Source of the DNA: Thermodesulfovibrionales bacterium
GTDB lineage: Bacteria > Nitrospirota > Thermodesulfovibrionia > Thermodesulfovibrionales > UBA6898
DNA: 28,752 nt
Assembly: GCA_044450345.1 (NCBI GenBank)
Contig: JBIOIY010000040.1
Location: 1-28,752 of the forward strand
Direction: 5' to 3'
The notes beneath the pieces are model-generated. The model did no database searches, had not been told where the DNA came from, and saw only the letters and a list, made by a program, of their open reading frames with translations. This document shows positions 9,502-18,085 of the stretch, piece by piece. The stretch's first letter is position 1; each line of letters begins with the position of its first letter. Made by a program: the position numbers and the translations under genes.

Positions 9502-10317
9502 TTAGAAATAGCGAAGTCGTCCATCGATCAATTTTTCAACCAAGGTATGCCCATAAGATGCTTTCTCCGATATCCGCCACCACGCCGCACGGATTTTCAA
9601 ACGTCTTCTCTCCAATAGCCTTTTCCACAATGTGAGACCATGCTTTTTACGATAATAAGCTCTATTTTTCTTTCCATATGGGCCTGCTGTTTTTTCTCGC
9701 CGGATTGAATTCTGGGTGACCGAACCGAAATGATGGATGAAAGACCTCCCCGTGGTGCCGAGTGAGAACCCGGCTTGCATTGCACGCCGGAAAAAATCCG
9801 CATCCTCAAATTGGCCAATGCTGAAGTTTTCGTCGAACAAGCCGATTCGATTGAATACACGCCGATGTACCATGAAGCAGATTCCCTGCGCAGTCCCTAT
9901 ACGCGCAACAGTGCCCATACGGCACACAAAGTCACGCGAGTATCCTTCGATATCATAGGTGTATTCTCCCTCGCGGAAAGCAGGGCTGGCGATGTCCAGA
10001 CCTCTTTCTCTGGTAAAATGAAGAAGTCCGCACAACCAGTTAGGGGAAAGAATAACGTCGTTGTTCAGCATAACGACCCAGTCGGCGTGGGATGCAGTAA
10101 CCCCCTCGTTCCATGCACTTGCACAGCCGCGGTTTTCGCCATTCGTAAAGACCCTGATGCGCGGGAATTTTGAAAGGTATTCGGCGGTACCATCCGAAGA
10201 TCCATTGTCAATAACTATAATCTCAGCGTCGGTCGGTATGGTCGGCCATAGACTTGCTAAACATATCTTTGTAAAATGGACCTGGTTAAAGACAGGAATT
10301 ACAATGCTGATTTCCAT
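9502..10317 (-). CDS. Glycosyltransferase family 2 (rhamnosyltransferase-like)
   Basis: ISIVIPVFN, IDNGSSD, LNND, FDENF..GQFEDAD and HHFGS motifs. Confidence 0.9.
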   Translation of the reverse strand: MEISIVIPVFNQVHFTKICLASLWPTIPTDAEIIVIDNGSSDGTAEYLSKFPRIRVFTNGENRGCASAWNEGVTASHADWVVMLNNDVILSPNWLCGLLHFTRERGLDIASPAFREGEYTYDIEGYSRDFVCRMGTVARIGTAQGICFMVHRRVFNRIGLFDENFSIGQFEDADFFRRAMQAGFSLGTTGRSFIHHFGSVTQNSIRREKTAGPYGKKNRAYYRKKHGLTLWKRLLERRRLKIRAAWWRISEKASYGHTLVEKLIDGRLRYF

Positions 10318-10389
10318 GCCACTATACTTTCCTCGAGAAATTTCAGAGACCCGGCGGTGAAGACGAGAAGGAACCTCTTCTTTCCCTCG

Positions 10390-11148
10390 CTAGTCACTCT
10401 GTCCACGCTGCAGTTCGAGAAGCTTTGCATACTTGAAAAATGATCCGCCCGCCTTTGTCAGTGCGGTCACGAGGCCGTCCAGGCCGTCCAGAAACCCTTT
10501 CTCGATAACGAAGATCTTAAAGAACATCCCCCCGCCGTGAAGAATCGGGGACAGGGCATTGGCGCGTTTCCCGGACACATAAAGTTCCCTTGCGATGACA
10601 GAGGAATATTCATCAAGAGTTTTAAGCATATCGGAATAGTCAGAGAACGCGTAATGCTCGATACAGGCATCCAAATCCGCTATCGGCCCGTCTGTCACCC
10701 ATCTCTCATGGATCGTCCCATGGAAAGAACCGCGAGACTTGTTGATCAACCGGATCTGCGGGTCCGGCCAGTATCCCGAATGTTTCATCCATCTGCCGTG
10801 CAGATAGTTCTTTCTCTTAAAGGTATATGCGTCGGCTGAAGGGGCCCTCAGGATATCCGCGATGAGTTCCCCGGCCCCCGCCGACAGCCTCTCGTCGGCA
10901 TCGAGCAGAAGGATCCAATCGTTGCTGCACTTTTCGATCGCGCTCATTTTCTGCGGACCGTAGCCTTTCCAGTCTTCCTGATAAACCCTGCATCCGAATT
11001 TTTGTGCGATCTCAACGGTCCTGTCGGTGCTCCCTGAATCGACGACTATGATATCGTCCGAAAAGGAGACACTGTCAAGGCAACTCGGCAGTTTTTTCTC
11101 TTCGTCCTTGGTTATTATCGCCACCGACAAGGGCATAGTATTATTCAT
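10390..11148 (-). CDS. Glycosyltransferase family 2, WaaE/KdtX-like LPS core beta-glucosyltransferase
   Basis: LSVAIITKDEE, VDSGSTD, LDADE, HE, GFLDG and KYAKL. Start placed at ATG 11148, overlapping the ligase stop (alternative 11136). Confidence 0.9.
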   Translation of the reverse strand: MNNTMPLSVAIITKDEEKKLPSCLDSVSFSDDIIVVDSGSTDRTVEIAQKFGCRVYQEDWKGYGPQKMSAIEKCSNDWILLLDADERLSAGAGELIADILRAPSADAYTFKRKNYLHGRWMKHSGYWPDPQIRLINKSRGSFHGTIHERWVTDGPIADLDACIEHYAFSDYSDMLKTLDEYSSVIARELYVSGKRANALSPILHGGGMFFKIFVIEKGFLDGLDGLVTALTKAGGSFFKYAKLLELQRGQSD

Positions 11149-12352
11149 TAGAGCAGTCCTTATCCGCAGGTCCATCTATCGCCGCAGAGATCCCCGTGAA
11201 AAGCGGGAGGGCTACCGCTGTTGCAAAAACAATAACCTCCGTATCGGTGAGGCTCCCGAGGATAAACACCGCGGTAAACGCAAACGAGGCAAATCCCATG
11301 GCCGACTCACGGTTTTTCCATCCTTTCTTTACCATAATGAACAGTAGCCAGCAAAAGGAAACCAGCCCAAAGATGCCATAGCTTACCTGCATATAGAGGA
11401 AACTGTTATGAGGATGAAACATGGAAGGAGGAAATGAAGGATCGTCTTTCTTATATACTTCCCATGACTTCTTAAACCCCGCTGTACCCACGCCGAGAAA
11501 TGGATGACTCTTTATTTCTGATAATGCTATCTTCCACATGTAATAACGTAACCCCAGAGATGTGTTCACATTGCCTTGCTGGTACTGACTGATGTCCTCC
11601 TTTGCCTTCTCAAATCGAGACCGGACCACAGGAGAAGTAAATAAGAAAGATACTGCTAAAATGCTGATGACGAGTATCTTCACTCTGTGCCTCTGTCCTA
11701 CGATATTATAAGCAATAACCGGAGACAGGACTATCAGCGCGATATACCCGCTCCTTCCCCCCGTGAATCCCAGGACGAAAAAATACAGGAGCATGAGGCA
11801 TGCGTACAGCGCGCGCTCTTTTTTCGAGCCGGACTTAAAGAAATAAAATGACGCTACGAGTATCCCCGTCGTGAGCAACAATGAAAATGCTATCCACGCC
11901 GAGCTGCCACCCAGCAGACCTGTTGCAACTCCCTTCTTCAGCGGCACAATACCTACATATTGCAATATCGAAACGGCACTATTAAGCGAAAGTCCGGCAA
12001 TGAACATCCTGAGCAGAAAATCCGCGTTCCTTCGCACGGTGAGGAGGCCGCTCAGGGCGAACGCATAAAGCCAGTAATGGGTCTTTAAGGCAATAGGAAA
12101 TCCGTCCTCGGGAACTGGGGTATAGATAAGGCCGACCCATGGGAGGACGATCAGCAGGCCCACGGGTACCATCATGCCCGAATGCGTCCAGCCGGATATG
12201 TCTTTCAGAAACCTTCCGGAAAGGAGCCAGACAAGCAGCACAAAGGCCCCGCAGATTACTGTTGGAGATGTAGCAAGCGGCACGCTGAAAAAAAGCCCCG
12301 CATAGCCGTACCAAAGCAGAGCTTCTGGATTAATTCTTCTTAATGAGCCCAT
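11141..12352 (-). CDS. waaL: O-antigen ligase family protein (WaaL/Wzy_C)
   Basis: Multi-pass hydrophobic protein with GRSG, TSLGLRYYMW, HPFLGVG and HPHNSFL motifs, in an LPS context. Start placed at ATG 12352. Confidence 0.85.
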   Translation of the reverse strand: MGSLRRINPEALLWYGYAGLFFSVPLATSPTVICGAFVLLVWLLSGRFLKDISGWTHSGMMVPVGLLIVLPWVGLIYTPVPEDGFPIALKTHYWLYAFALSGLLTVRRNADFLLRMFIAGLSLNSAVSILQYVGIVPLKKGVATGLLGGSSAWIAFSLLLTTGILVASFYFFKSGSKKERALYACLMLLYFFVLGFTGGRSGYIALIVLSPVIAYNIVGQRHRVKILVISILAVSFLFTSPVVRSRFEKAKEDISQYQQGNVNTSLGLRYYMWKIALSEIKSHPFLGVGTAGFKKSWEVYKKDDPSFPPSMFHPHNSFLYMQVSYGIFGLVSFCWLLFIMVKKGWKNRESAMGFASFAFTAVFILGSLTDTEVIVFATAVALPLFTGISAAIDGPADKDCSNE

Positions 12353-13151
12353 TTTCACAAAAATATTTATCCGAAGCAACGGCGGCCGTGAGGAGCAGAT
12401 TGTTGCAGTGCGGCGCGACCTTGTTTGTCGGATGCCACAGATGGAAGCAGACAGCCATGAAAGGATGGACCTTTTTAAAGAGGCCGTATTTGAAAAACCT
12501 GCAGGCGAGTTCCGAATCTTCGTTCCCCCAGCCTTCGAAATCTTCGTTAAATCCGTTCACGGCGACAATGTCTTTCTTGAAAAAGCTCATGTTGCAGGAT
12601 TTTATGCCTTTCAGTTTCCTGTTCTTAAAGCCGGAATAATGGGCAAGCCGTAAGAGGTGATGGGCGTTCGTGATCCTGCGCAACAACGCCATCCGGATCA
12701 AGGCAGACGGTGAATCTGCAACCGCATGGTCGAAGGCAGCCACAGCGATCCTGTTTACCAGGATCCTTTTGCCCTGGATAAAACATCTTTCCTCCGACAG
12801 AAGTTCATGGTCTGCAACAAAGTGACGGTTCATCACACAGTCACCGTCAAGAAGTACGATGTAGTCCCCGGAAGATATCGAGATCGCCTTGTTGCGTATC
12901 ATTGCGGCCCTGAACCCCCTGTCCTCCTGCCGCACATGAATGACGGGGAACGGAGCATATCCGACAAAATGTTTTACCGCGTCGGCGGTTTTTTCATCTG
13001 AGCCGTCTTCTGCGATGATTACCTCGTCGGGGGGGCGAGTCTGGTGGAAAGCGCTCTCAGCGGCCTTCTTCAGTCCCAATGGGTTATTGTAGGTCGTGAT
13101 TACAAGAGATACCTTCACTCTACGCACCAACCGGACTTCGCGCTGCAGCAC
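12330..13151 (-). CDS. Glycosyltransferase family 2 with a galactosyltransferase-like C-terminus
   Basis: VSLVITTYN, EDGS, GFRAAMIRN, DGDC, NGFNEDFEGWGNEDSE and HLWH. The real start may be GTG 13118. Confidence 0.9.
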   Translation of the reverse strand: MLQREVRLVRRVKVSLVITTYNNPLGLKKAAESAFHQTRPPDEVIIAEDGSDEKTADAVKHFVGYAPFPVIHVRQEDRGFRAAMIRNKAISISSGDYIVLLDGDCVMNRHFVADHELLSEERCFIQGKRILVNRIAVAAFDHAVADSPSALIRMALLRRITNAHHLLRLAHYSGFKNRKLKGIKSCNMSFFKKDIVAVNGFNEDFEGWGNEDSELACRFFKYGLFKKVHPFMAVCFHLWHPTNKVAPHCNNLLLTAAVASDKYFCENGLIKKN

Positions 13152-13256
13152 AAGAGGTGTCAGCCAAAATGCAGAAAATCATCCTATATTTTACCGGAAA
13201 AACATATGACAAAACCAGGCAGTGGGTAAGTTTTCAAGTTGATGAACTACCGTCCT

Positions 13257-14993
13257 TCAAACGGGCCCCCGGACGTCCTGCCCGCTGAACTGAAGTTCAT
13301 AAAGCTTTTTGTAAAGTCCGCCGCTCTCGTAAAGCTCGTGGTGAGTTCCCGATTCCAGGACCCTGCCTTTATCAATCACAATAATCCTGTCCGCCCTTTT
13401 AATTGTCGAAAGTCTATGGGCGATTACAAACGTAGTCCTGTTCCTCATGAGGTTTTCGAGCGCCCTTTGCACCATCATCTCCGATGCGGTGTCGAGAGAG
13501 GACGTGGCTTCATCGAGTATAAGTATGGGAGGGTTTTTCAGTATGGCCCTGGCTATCGAAAGCCTCTGTCTTTGCCCCCCGGACAGCCTCGCCCCGCGCT
13601 CCCCGATTATTGTGTCATAACCGTGGGGGAGTTCCGTGATGAAATCGTGGGCATAGGCAGCCTGCGCTGCGGCGACGATCTCTTCCTGCTGCGCCCCGGG
13701 CTTCCCGTAAGAGATATTTGAAGCGACGGTGTCGTTGAAGAGGATCACATCCTGGCTGACTATCCCAAACTGCCCCCTCAGTGAAGTGAAGGTCGCCTTC
13801 GAAATGTCGGTGCCGTCGATCGATACAACGCCTTCTGCCGGGACATAGAACCTGGGGAGGAGGTTCGCAAGGGTGGTCTTACCGCCTCCGCTCTTTCCGA
13901 CAATCGCGATGATCTCGCCTTTCCTGACCGTCAGGTTTACGTTGTCCAGGGCCTTGTGCTTCGCGGACGGATAGGTGAATGAGACTCCCTTTAATTCAAT
14001 ATATTCGCTGATGGGCTTAAATTCTTCGGTCCCATCCGTTTCCATGGGCTCGGAGAGGAGTTTGTATACCCTGTCCAGGGGCGGGCGCGCCTGCTGGATG
14101 CCGATATTTATCTTTGCGAGCCTCTTCGCCGGAGTGTATACGAGAAAGATGGCGGTCAAAAAAGAGGTGAAATCGCCGACCGTCATCGCGTTGCTGAAGA
14201 TGAGTCTTGCGCCGTACCAGATCACAAATGCTATCCCGAGGCCGCCGACTGCCTCCATCATGAGCGTCGAAGATTCGGAGACCCTTGTGGCCCGCATGTT
14301 TTCGCGATAGTACTCTCTTGCAATGTCCTTGAACCGGCCAGCCTCGTCCGTCTGTCTGCAGAAGGCCTTTATGATCTTGATGCCGGAGAAACTCTCGCTT
14401 AGGAATTCCGTGATCAGCGATATCTTCTCTTGTGCCCTCCTGCTTATCTGTCTCATCCTCTTGCCGAGTTTTCCGACTCCGTAGAGGGCCATCGGCAGAA
14501 CGGTGATGGAAATCAGCGTGAGGTCCCATCTGCGCCAGAGGGCGACGAATACCAGTGCGAACGCGGTCGCGCTTTCCCGGAACAGGTCCTTAATGGTCAA
14601 GGATACGAGTTCCTGGAGTACCGAGGTATCGTTTATCACCTTAGAGATGAGCTCGCCGCTGGAATTCTTCCCGAAGTACCCCATCGGCAGTTGCACGATG
14701 TGGCTGTAAAGCCTGTTCCTGAGCTGCATTACCATCTTCTGGCTCGCGGACCTCATCAGATATTCCTGGACGTACGTGAAGATGCCCTTACCCAGGAAAA
14801 TAAAGAAGATAGCGAGAGGGAGAAGGGAAAGCAGGGTCGCGTCTTTTTTTATGAGAACGTCATCCATGACAGGTTTGGCAAGCCAGGCGATGGCCGCATT
14901 CAGTCCCGAGACCAGAAGACCCGCAAGCACGGCGAGAGCCACCCTCTTCCAGTGGGGCTTGACGAGCTGAAATATCCGTCTGTAATCTTCCAA
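13257..14993 (-). CDS. msbA: Lipid A export ABC transporter permease/ATP-binding protein MsbA
   Basis: N-terminal TMD plus NBD with GKSGGGKT, LSGGQRQR, ILILDEATSSLD and IAHRLST. It heads an LPS operon. TTG start with SD GGGAG. Confidence 0.88.
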   Translation of the reverse strand: MEDYRRIFQLVKPHWKRVALAVLAGLLVSGLNAAIAWLAKPVMDDVLIKKDATLLSLLPLAIFFIFLGKGIFTYVQEYLMRSASQKMVMQLRNRLYSHIVQLPMGYFGKNSSGELISKVINDTSVLQELVSLTIKDLFRESATAFALVFVALWRRWDLTLISITVLPMALYGVGKLGKRMRQISRRAQEKISLITEFLSESFSGIKIIKAFCRQTDEAGRFKDIAREYYRENMRATRVSESSTLMMEAVGGLGIAFVIWYGARLIFSNAMTVGDFTSFLTAIFLVYTPAKRLAKINIGIQQARPPLDRVYKLLSEPMETDGTEEFKPISEYIELKGVSFTYPSAKHKALDNVNLTVRKGEIIAIVGKSGGGKTTLANLLPRFYVPAEGVVSIDGTDISKATFTSLRGQFGIVSQDVILFNDTVASNISYGKPGAQQEEIVAAAQAAYAHDFITELPHGYDTIIGERGARLSGGQRQRLSIARAILKNPPILILDEATSSLDTASEMMVQRALENLMRNRTTFVIAHRLSTIKRADRIIVIDKGRVLESGTHHELYESGGLYKKLYELQFSGQDVRGPV

Positions 14994-15141
14994 AAGGACT
15001 ATCTCCCGACAGTAAGAGGATTCATAAGCCTAGGGCACCATCCGACAAAAACATTATAATGCAATGAAGAACTTAATAGAAAGCCCCGCCGGGAGCAGTT
15101 ACTTCCAGTTGTGCGCGTGCCCGAATGCGCAATGGGGGCGG

Positions 15142-15678
15142 TTATGGTCTTTTCTTACGGGCCGAATAATACTCTGCCACCTGGAGGGCATCCCATGGTC
15201 TGCAATCTTCCTTTGAGAATCCGAGTGCGGCAGCACTTTCGTAAATGGCCTCGGTGTCCGGTCCTTCTATTTCGAGGAACTCCGGGATGAAGCCGAATTC
15301 TCCGGTGTACCTGTCGAATTCGAAATGGAAGCCCGGAAGCGCATAAGTGGTCCTGTGTTTTTTCATCTCCAGCCAGGGAGAAAAGCCGATGGATTTCAGG
15401 ATCGACCTCATCGCATCGAAGTCCGAAACCGCAACTTCGGTCTCTTCCCTGACCTTTGCGGCGCTGTTATCGACGTGTGCCTTGAAAGTCAGCACCGATA
15501 TACCGCCCTCCCTTCTCAGCCTGAAAGTGCCTTTCTGCCGCCTTATCGAACGGTCGGCGGTGTCGTAGTAGAGCGCATGGATTTCGTCGTCGAAGAGTTT
15601 TTTCGCTCCCAGTGATCTCAGCTTTTTTTCGAGCTTCTTCCTGTCAATTTCAAGGATTTTAATCTCCGTTTCGTACAC
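15142..15678 (-). CDS. CYTH domain protein (class IV adenylate cyclase-like)
   Basis: ETEIK (ExExK), FRLR, LTFK, REETE and FLEIE. GTG start with SD AAGGGG. Confidence 0.88.
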   Translation of the reverse strand: MYETEIKILEIDRKKLEKKLRSLGAKKLFDDEIHALYYDTADRSIRRQKGTFRLRREGGISVLTFKAHVDNSAAKVREETEVAVSDFDAMRSILKSIGFSPWLEMKKHRTTYALPGFHFEFDRYTGEFGFIPEFLEIEGPDTEAIYESAAALGFSKEDCRPWDALQVAEYYSARKKRP

Positions 15679-15838
15679 GGGACCCCCTTAAGGTTATAAC
15701 GCACTATGGAGTACATTATAGCCTATTACCCCGAGGCGGAGAAATTGCAGGCGACGGCGCTTTATATCTGGCGTTTCGGGTAAAGGTAAAAATTCTGCTT
15801 TAGGCTTGTTCGTGTCTTTTTTTACATTGTTTTTAGGC

Positions 15839-15867
15839 TTGACAAAAAAATAAGTTCTTGATAGTGT
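15839..15867 (+). promoter_or_regulatory. Sigma70-type promoter of the HU gene
   Basis: TTGACA (15839-15844), 17-bp spacer, and TAGTGT (15862-15867) preceded by TGn. Confidence 0.7.
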
Positions 15868-15916
15868 TATCTCAGAACTTTTTCCAACAATATATACAAT
15901 GAAAGGGGGGAGAATT

Positions 15917-16192
15917 ATGACGAAGACGGAGCTTATCGAAAAGATAGCATTGGGTGCCGGCCTCAGCAAGGCTGATGCGACAAGGGCCTTTGATGCCACG
16001 CTCGACGCGGTCAAGGCGGCGTTAAAGAAAGGGCAGAAGGTTACTATCGTCGGTTTCGGGACCTTCGGAGTAACTAAGAGGAAGGCCAGGAAAGGGCGTA
16101 ATCCCAGGACCGGGCAGGTTATCAATATACCCGCTGCCAAGACTCCGAAGTTCACCGCAGGCAAGGCTTTAAAAGACGCGGTTAAGAAATAA
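15917..16192 (+). CDS. hup: DNA-binding protein HU
   Basis: MTKTELI...GFGTF...[12 protein letters not shown]...[21 protein letters not shown] before ATG 15917. Confidence 0.96.
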   Translation: MTKTELIEKIALGAGLSKADATRAFDATLDAVKAALKKGQKVTIVGFGTFGVTKRKARKGRNPRTGQVINIPAAKTPKFTAGKALKDAVKK

Positions 16193-16210
16193 GTATTATT
16201 TCCCATTGGT

Positions 16211-16246
16211 ATTAAAAGGGACAGGCATACGCCTGTCCCTTTTAAT
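16211..16246. terminator. Intrinsic terminator after hup (bidirectional form)
   Basis: Perfect 16-bp inverted repeat ATTAAAAGGGACAGGC-ATAC-GCCTGTCCCTTTTAAT. Confidence 0.88.
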
Positions 16247-16318
16247 TTCCACCTTTATTTGCTATCCTTTCGTTGTATCCCCTGTTTTTCGCCGGCGCGC
16301 AGAGAGAAGGAGAGGAAG

Positions 16319-16444
16319 ATGAGTATTGAATTCAGCATTGCCGCCATCCCAAGAGGTCTTTCATATGTGGAAAGCGTACTCATCGGAGGCACGACCGACG
16401 CTGTCCTTAAATCATCCTATTGTCCTGTTCCGATTATCCATTGA
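16319..16444 (+). pseudogene. Truncated/internally deleted universal stress protein (41 aa)
   Basis: SD AGGAGAGG before the ATG. RGLSYVESVLIGGTTDAVLKSSYCPVPIIH matches the USP C-terminal G-x9-G(S/T)...C-x-V pattern, but most of the domain is absent. Confidence 0.6.
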
Positions 16445-17463
16445 TGATTATCCCGATAGTATCGCTAGTCTTCGGCCTCCTTATGATCCTTGCTGCGGCT
16501 GAATTTTTTACCAATGGGATAGAGGCCGTCGGCAGGCGGTTTTCATTTTCCCAGGCGGTGGTCGGCAGCCTGTTTGCCGCAGTCGGCACAGCCCTTCCCG
16601 AGACTATCCTCCCGGTTGTCGCGATCTTTATGTACGGAGGGCGGTCGGCGAAGGAGATCGGGGTCGGCGCAATACTCGGCGCGCCCTTCATGCTGTCGAC
16701 CCTCGCCTTTTTCCTGGTGGGTCTGACAGCTGCGGTGGCGGCGATACGCAGGAGGAGGGGGTTCGAACTCCGCGTCGAAGTGCATTCGGTCAGGAGGGAC
16801 ATGTCATTCTTTCTGGTAATGTATTCCTCCGCGGTGCTGCTGCCGCATATTGCGGGCCGGTCTGTCGCAGTCCCCCTGGCGTTCGCACTGATGGGCGGTT
16901 ACGTATTGTATGCATGGATGACGTTTCGCAGCGAAAGCGCCGCGATCGAATACGCGGAAGAGATGCATTTCTGGATGCCGGCAAAATGGTTCAGGGGGTC
17001 GGCAGCTGTCGGGGCCCCACCTCTATCTCTGATACTTTTCCAGGTATTCGCCGCCCTGGCAGTCATGGTTAAAGGGGCCCATATTTTTGTACGGAGCCTC
17101 GAGCAGATTTCGATCAGGTTCGGCATGGACCCTCTTCTCTTTGCTCTCCTCCTTGCCCCCGTGGCGACAGAACTGCCGGAGAAATTCAACAGCGTGACGT
17201 GGACATGGAAGGGGAGGGACACGCTCGCCGTCGGAAACGTCACAGGGGCCATGGTATTCCAGTCGACATTTCCTGTTTCCGTCGGGCTTATTTTCACAGA
17301 CTGGGAAATAACGGGCATGGCGCTTTTTTCCGCCCTGATCGCCATCCTTTCGTCCCTAGTCCTGCTCGGGACGATACTGATAAAAAAGCGGATCACGCCG
17401 CTTACGATGCTCTTTCCAGGGTGCCTCTATCTGGTATATGCGCTGGTGCTGGTACTGAGATAA
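16444..17463 (+). CDS. Sodium:calcium (CaCA/YrbG-like) antiporter
   Basis: About 10 TM segments, with alpha repeats GTALPE...GAILGA and ATELPE...GNVTGA. The ATG at 16444 overlaps the upstream TGA. Confidence 0.87.
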   Translation: MIIPIVSLVFGLLMILAAAEFFTNGIEAVGRRFSFSQAVVGSLFAAVGTALPETILPVVAIFMYGGRSAKEIGVGAILGAPFMLSTLAFFLVGLTAAVAAIRRRRGFELRVEVHSVRRDMSFFLVMYSSAVLLPHIAGRSVAVPLAFALMGGYVLYAWMTFRSESAAIEYAEEMHFWMPAKWFRGSAAVGAPPLSLILFQVFAALAVMVKGAHIFVRSLEQISIRFGMDPLLFALLLAPVATELPEKFNSVTWTWKGRDTLAVGNVTGAMVFQSTFPVSVGLIFTDWEITGMALFSALIAILSSLVLLGTILIKKRITPLTMLFPGCLYLVYALVLVLR

Positions 17464-17512
17464 ACGCAGTTCAAAGAGGTATCATACTTTCAGGAAACCC
17501 CTCCCGACTGGC

Positions 17513-17797
17513 TTATTTTTTAAATAAATCGTCCAGTTTTTTCAGTGCGTCGGCCTTGCCCGCGTCCGAAGTTGCCCGGCGTTCCTGGGCAAACACAAAG
17601 TAATCGCAGAAGTTCGCCTTTTCCCTGGACCTCTGGAATTCGGCCTTCGGTTCAGTGCATTTGTTATGAGCCCTCTCTGAGAAGAACCTGCAGTTCATGC
17701 AGATATGCAGATCACCGCCGCATTTGGGGCATACCGATTTACGGGAAAAATATTTGTCTACCTCGATCCGTTTGCCGCAGAGTGCGCAGATATTCAT
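17513..17797 (-). CDS. Cys-rich hypothetical metal-binding protein (94 aa)
   Basis: SD GGAGGAG. Eight Cys arranged CxxC-x15-CxxC-x6-CxxC-x10-C-x16-C. Confidence 0.85.
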   Translation of the reverse strand: MNICALCGKRIEVDKYFSRKSVCPKCGGDLHICMNCRFFSERAHNKCTEPKAEFQRSREKANFCDYFVFAQERRATSDAGKADALKKLDDLFKK

Positions 17798-17868
17798 TTC
17801 CTCCTCCTTCCAGTGACATCAGAATTATGATAACAAGAGAGCTGCGGATTTGTTAACTCTCAATCTTA

Positions 17869-17897
17869 TTGACAGCCTTTATCTGCTGTGATATCTT
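17869..17897 (+). promoter_or_regulatory. Sigma70-type promoter of the small peptide gene
   Basis: TTGACA (17869-17874), 17-bp spacer, and TATCTT (17892-17897) with an extended TGn. Confidence 0.75.
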
Positions 17898-17929
17898 GAA
17901 ATAAGAATTCTCAAAAAAGGAGGATCTAT

Positions 17930-18007
17930 ATGGCCTGCAAATCAAAGGGACCGTGCGGCACCGCAAAAAAGGCTGCTCCGAAGACGGCGAAGAAGACCAA
18001 GAAATAG
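17930..18007 (+). CDS. 25-aa basic, two-Cys small protein MACKSKGPCGTAKKAAPKTAKKTKK
   Basis: SD AAGGAGG at 17917-17923, 6 nt before the ATG. It has its own promoter upstream and a terminator downstream, and falls below the ORF-track length cutoff. Confidence 0.8.
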   Translation: MACKSKGPCGTAKKAAPKTAKKTKK

Positions 18008-18029
18008 CGTTATCGCCAGTTTCTCTGTG

Positions 18030-18060
18030 AAAAGGACGGCTCGCGCCGTCCTTTTTTTTT
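18030..18060 (+). terminator. Intrinsic terminator after the small peptide gene
   Basis: AAAAGGACGGC-TCGC-GCCGTCC followed by nine T. Confidence 0.9.
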
Positions 18061-18085
18061 GGCGTCTTTTCCGCTATCCTAATAG

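Noticed and set aside
15083..15141. GC-rich possible multi-stem RNA between the CYTH gene and the msbA promoter
   Set aside because: The stems are short and rely on G-U pairs. It matches no RNA family I recognise and has no second copy.
15694..16206. 170-aa minus-strand ORF
   Set aside because: It is the antisense shadow of hup and its promoter.
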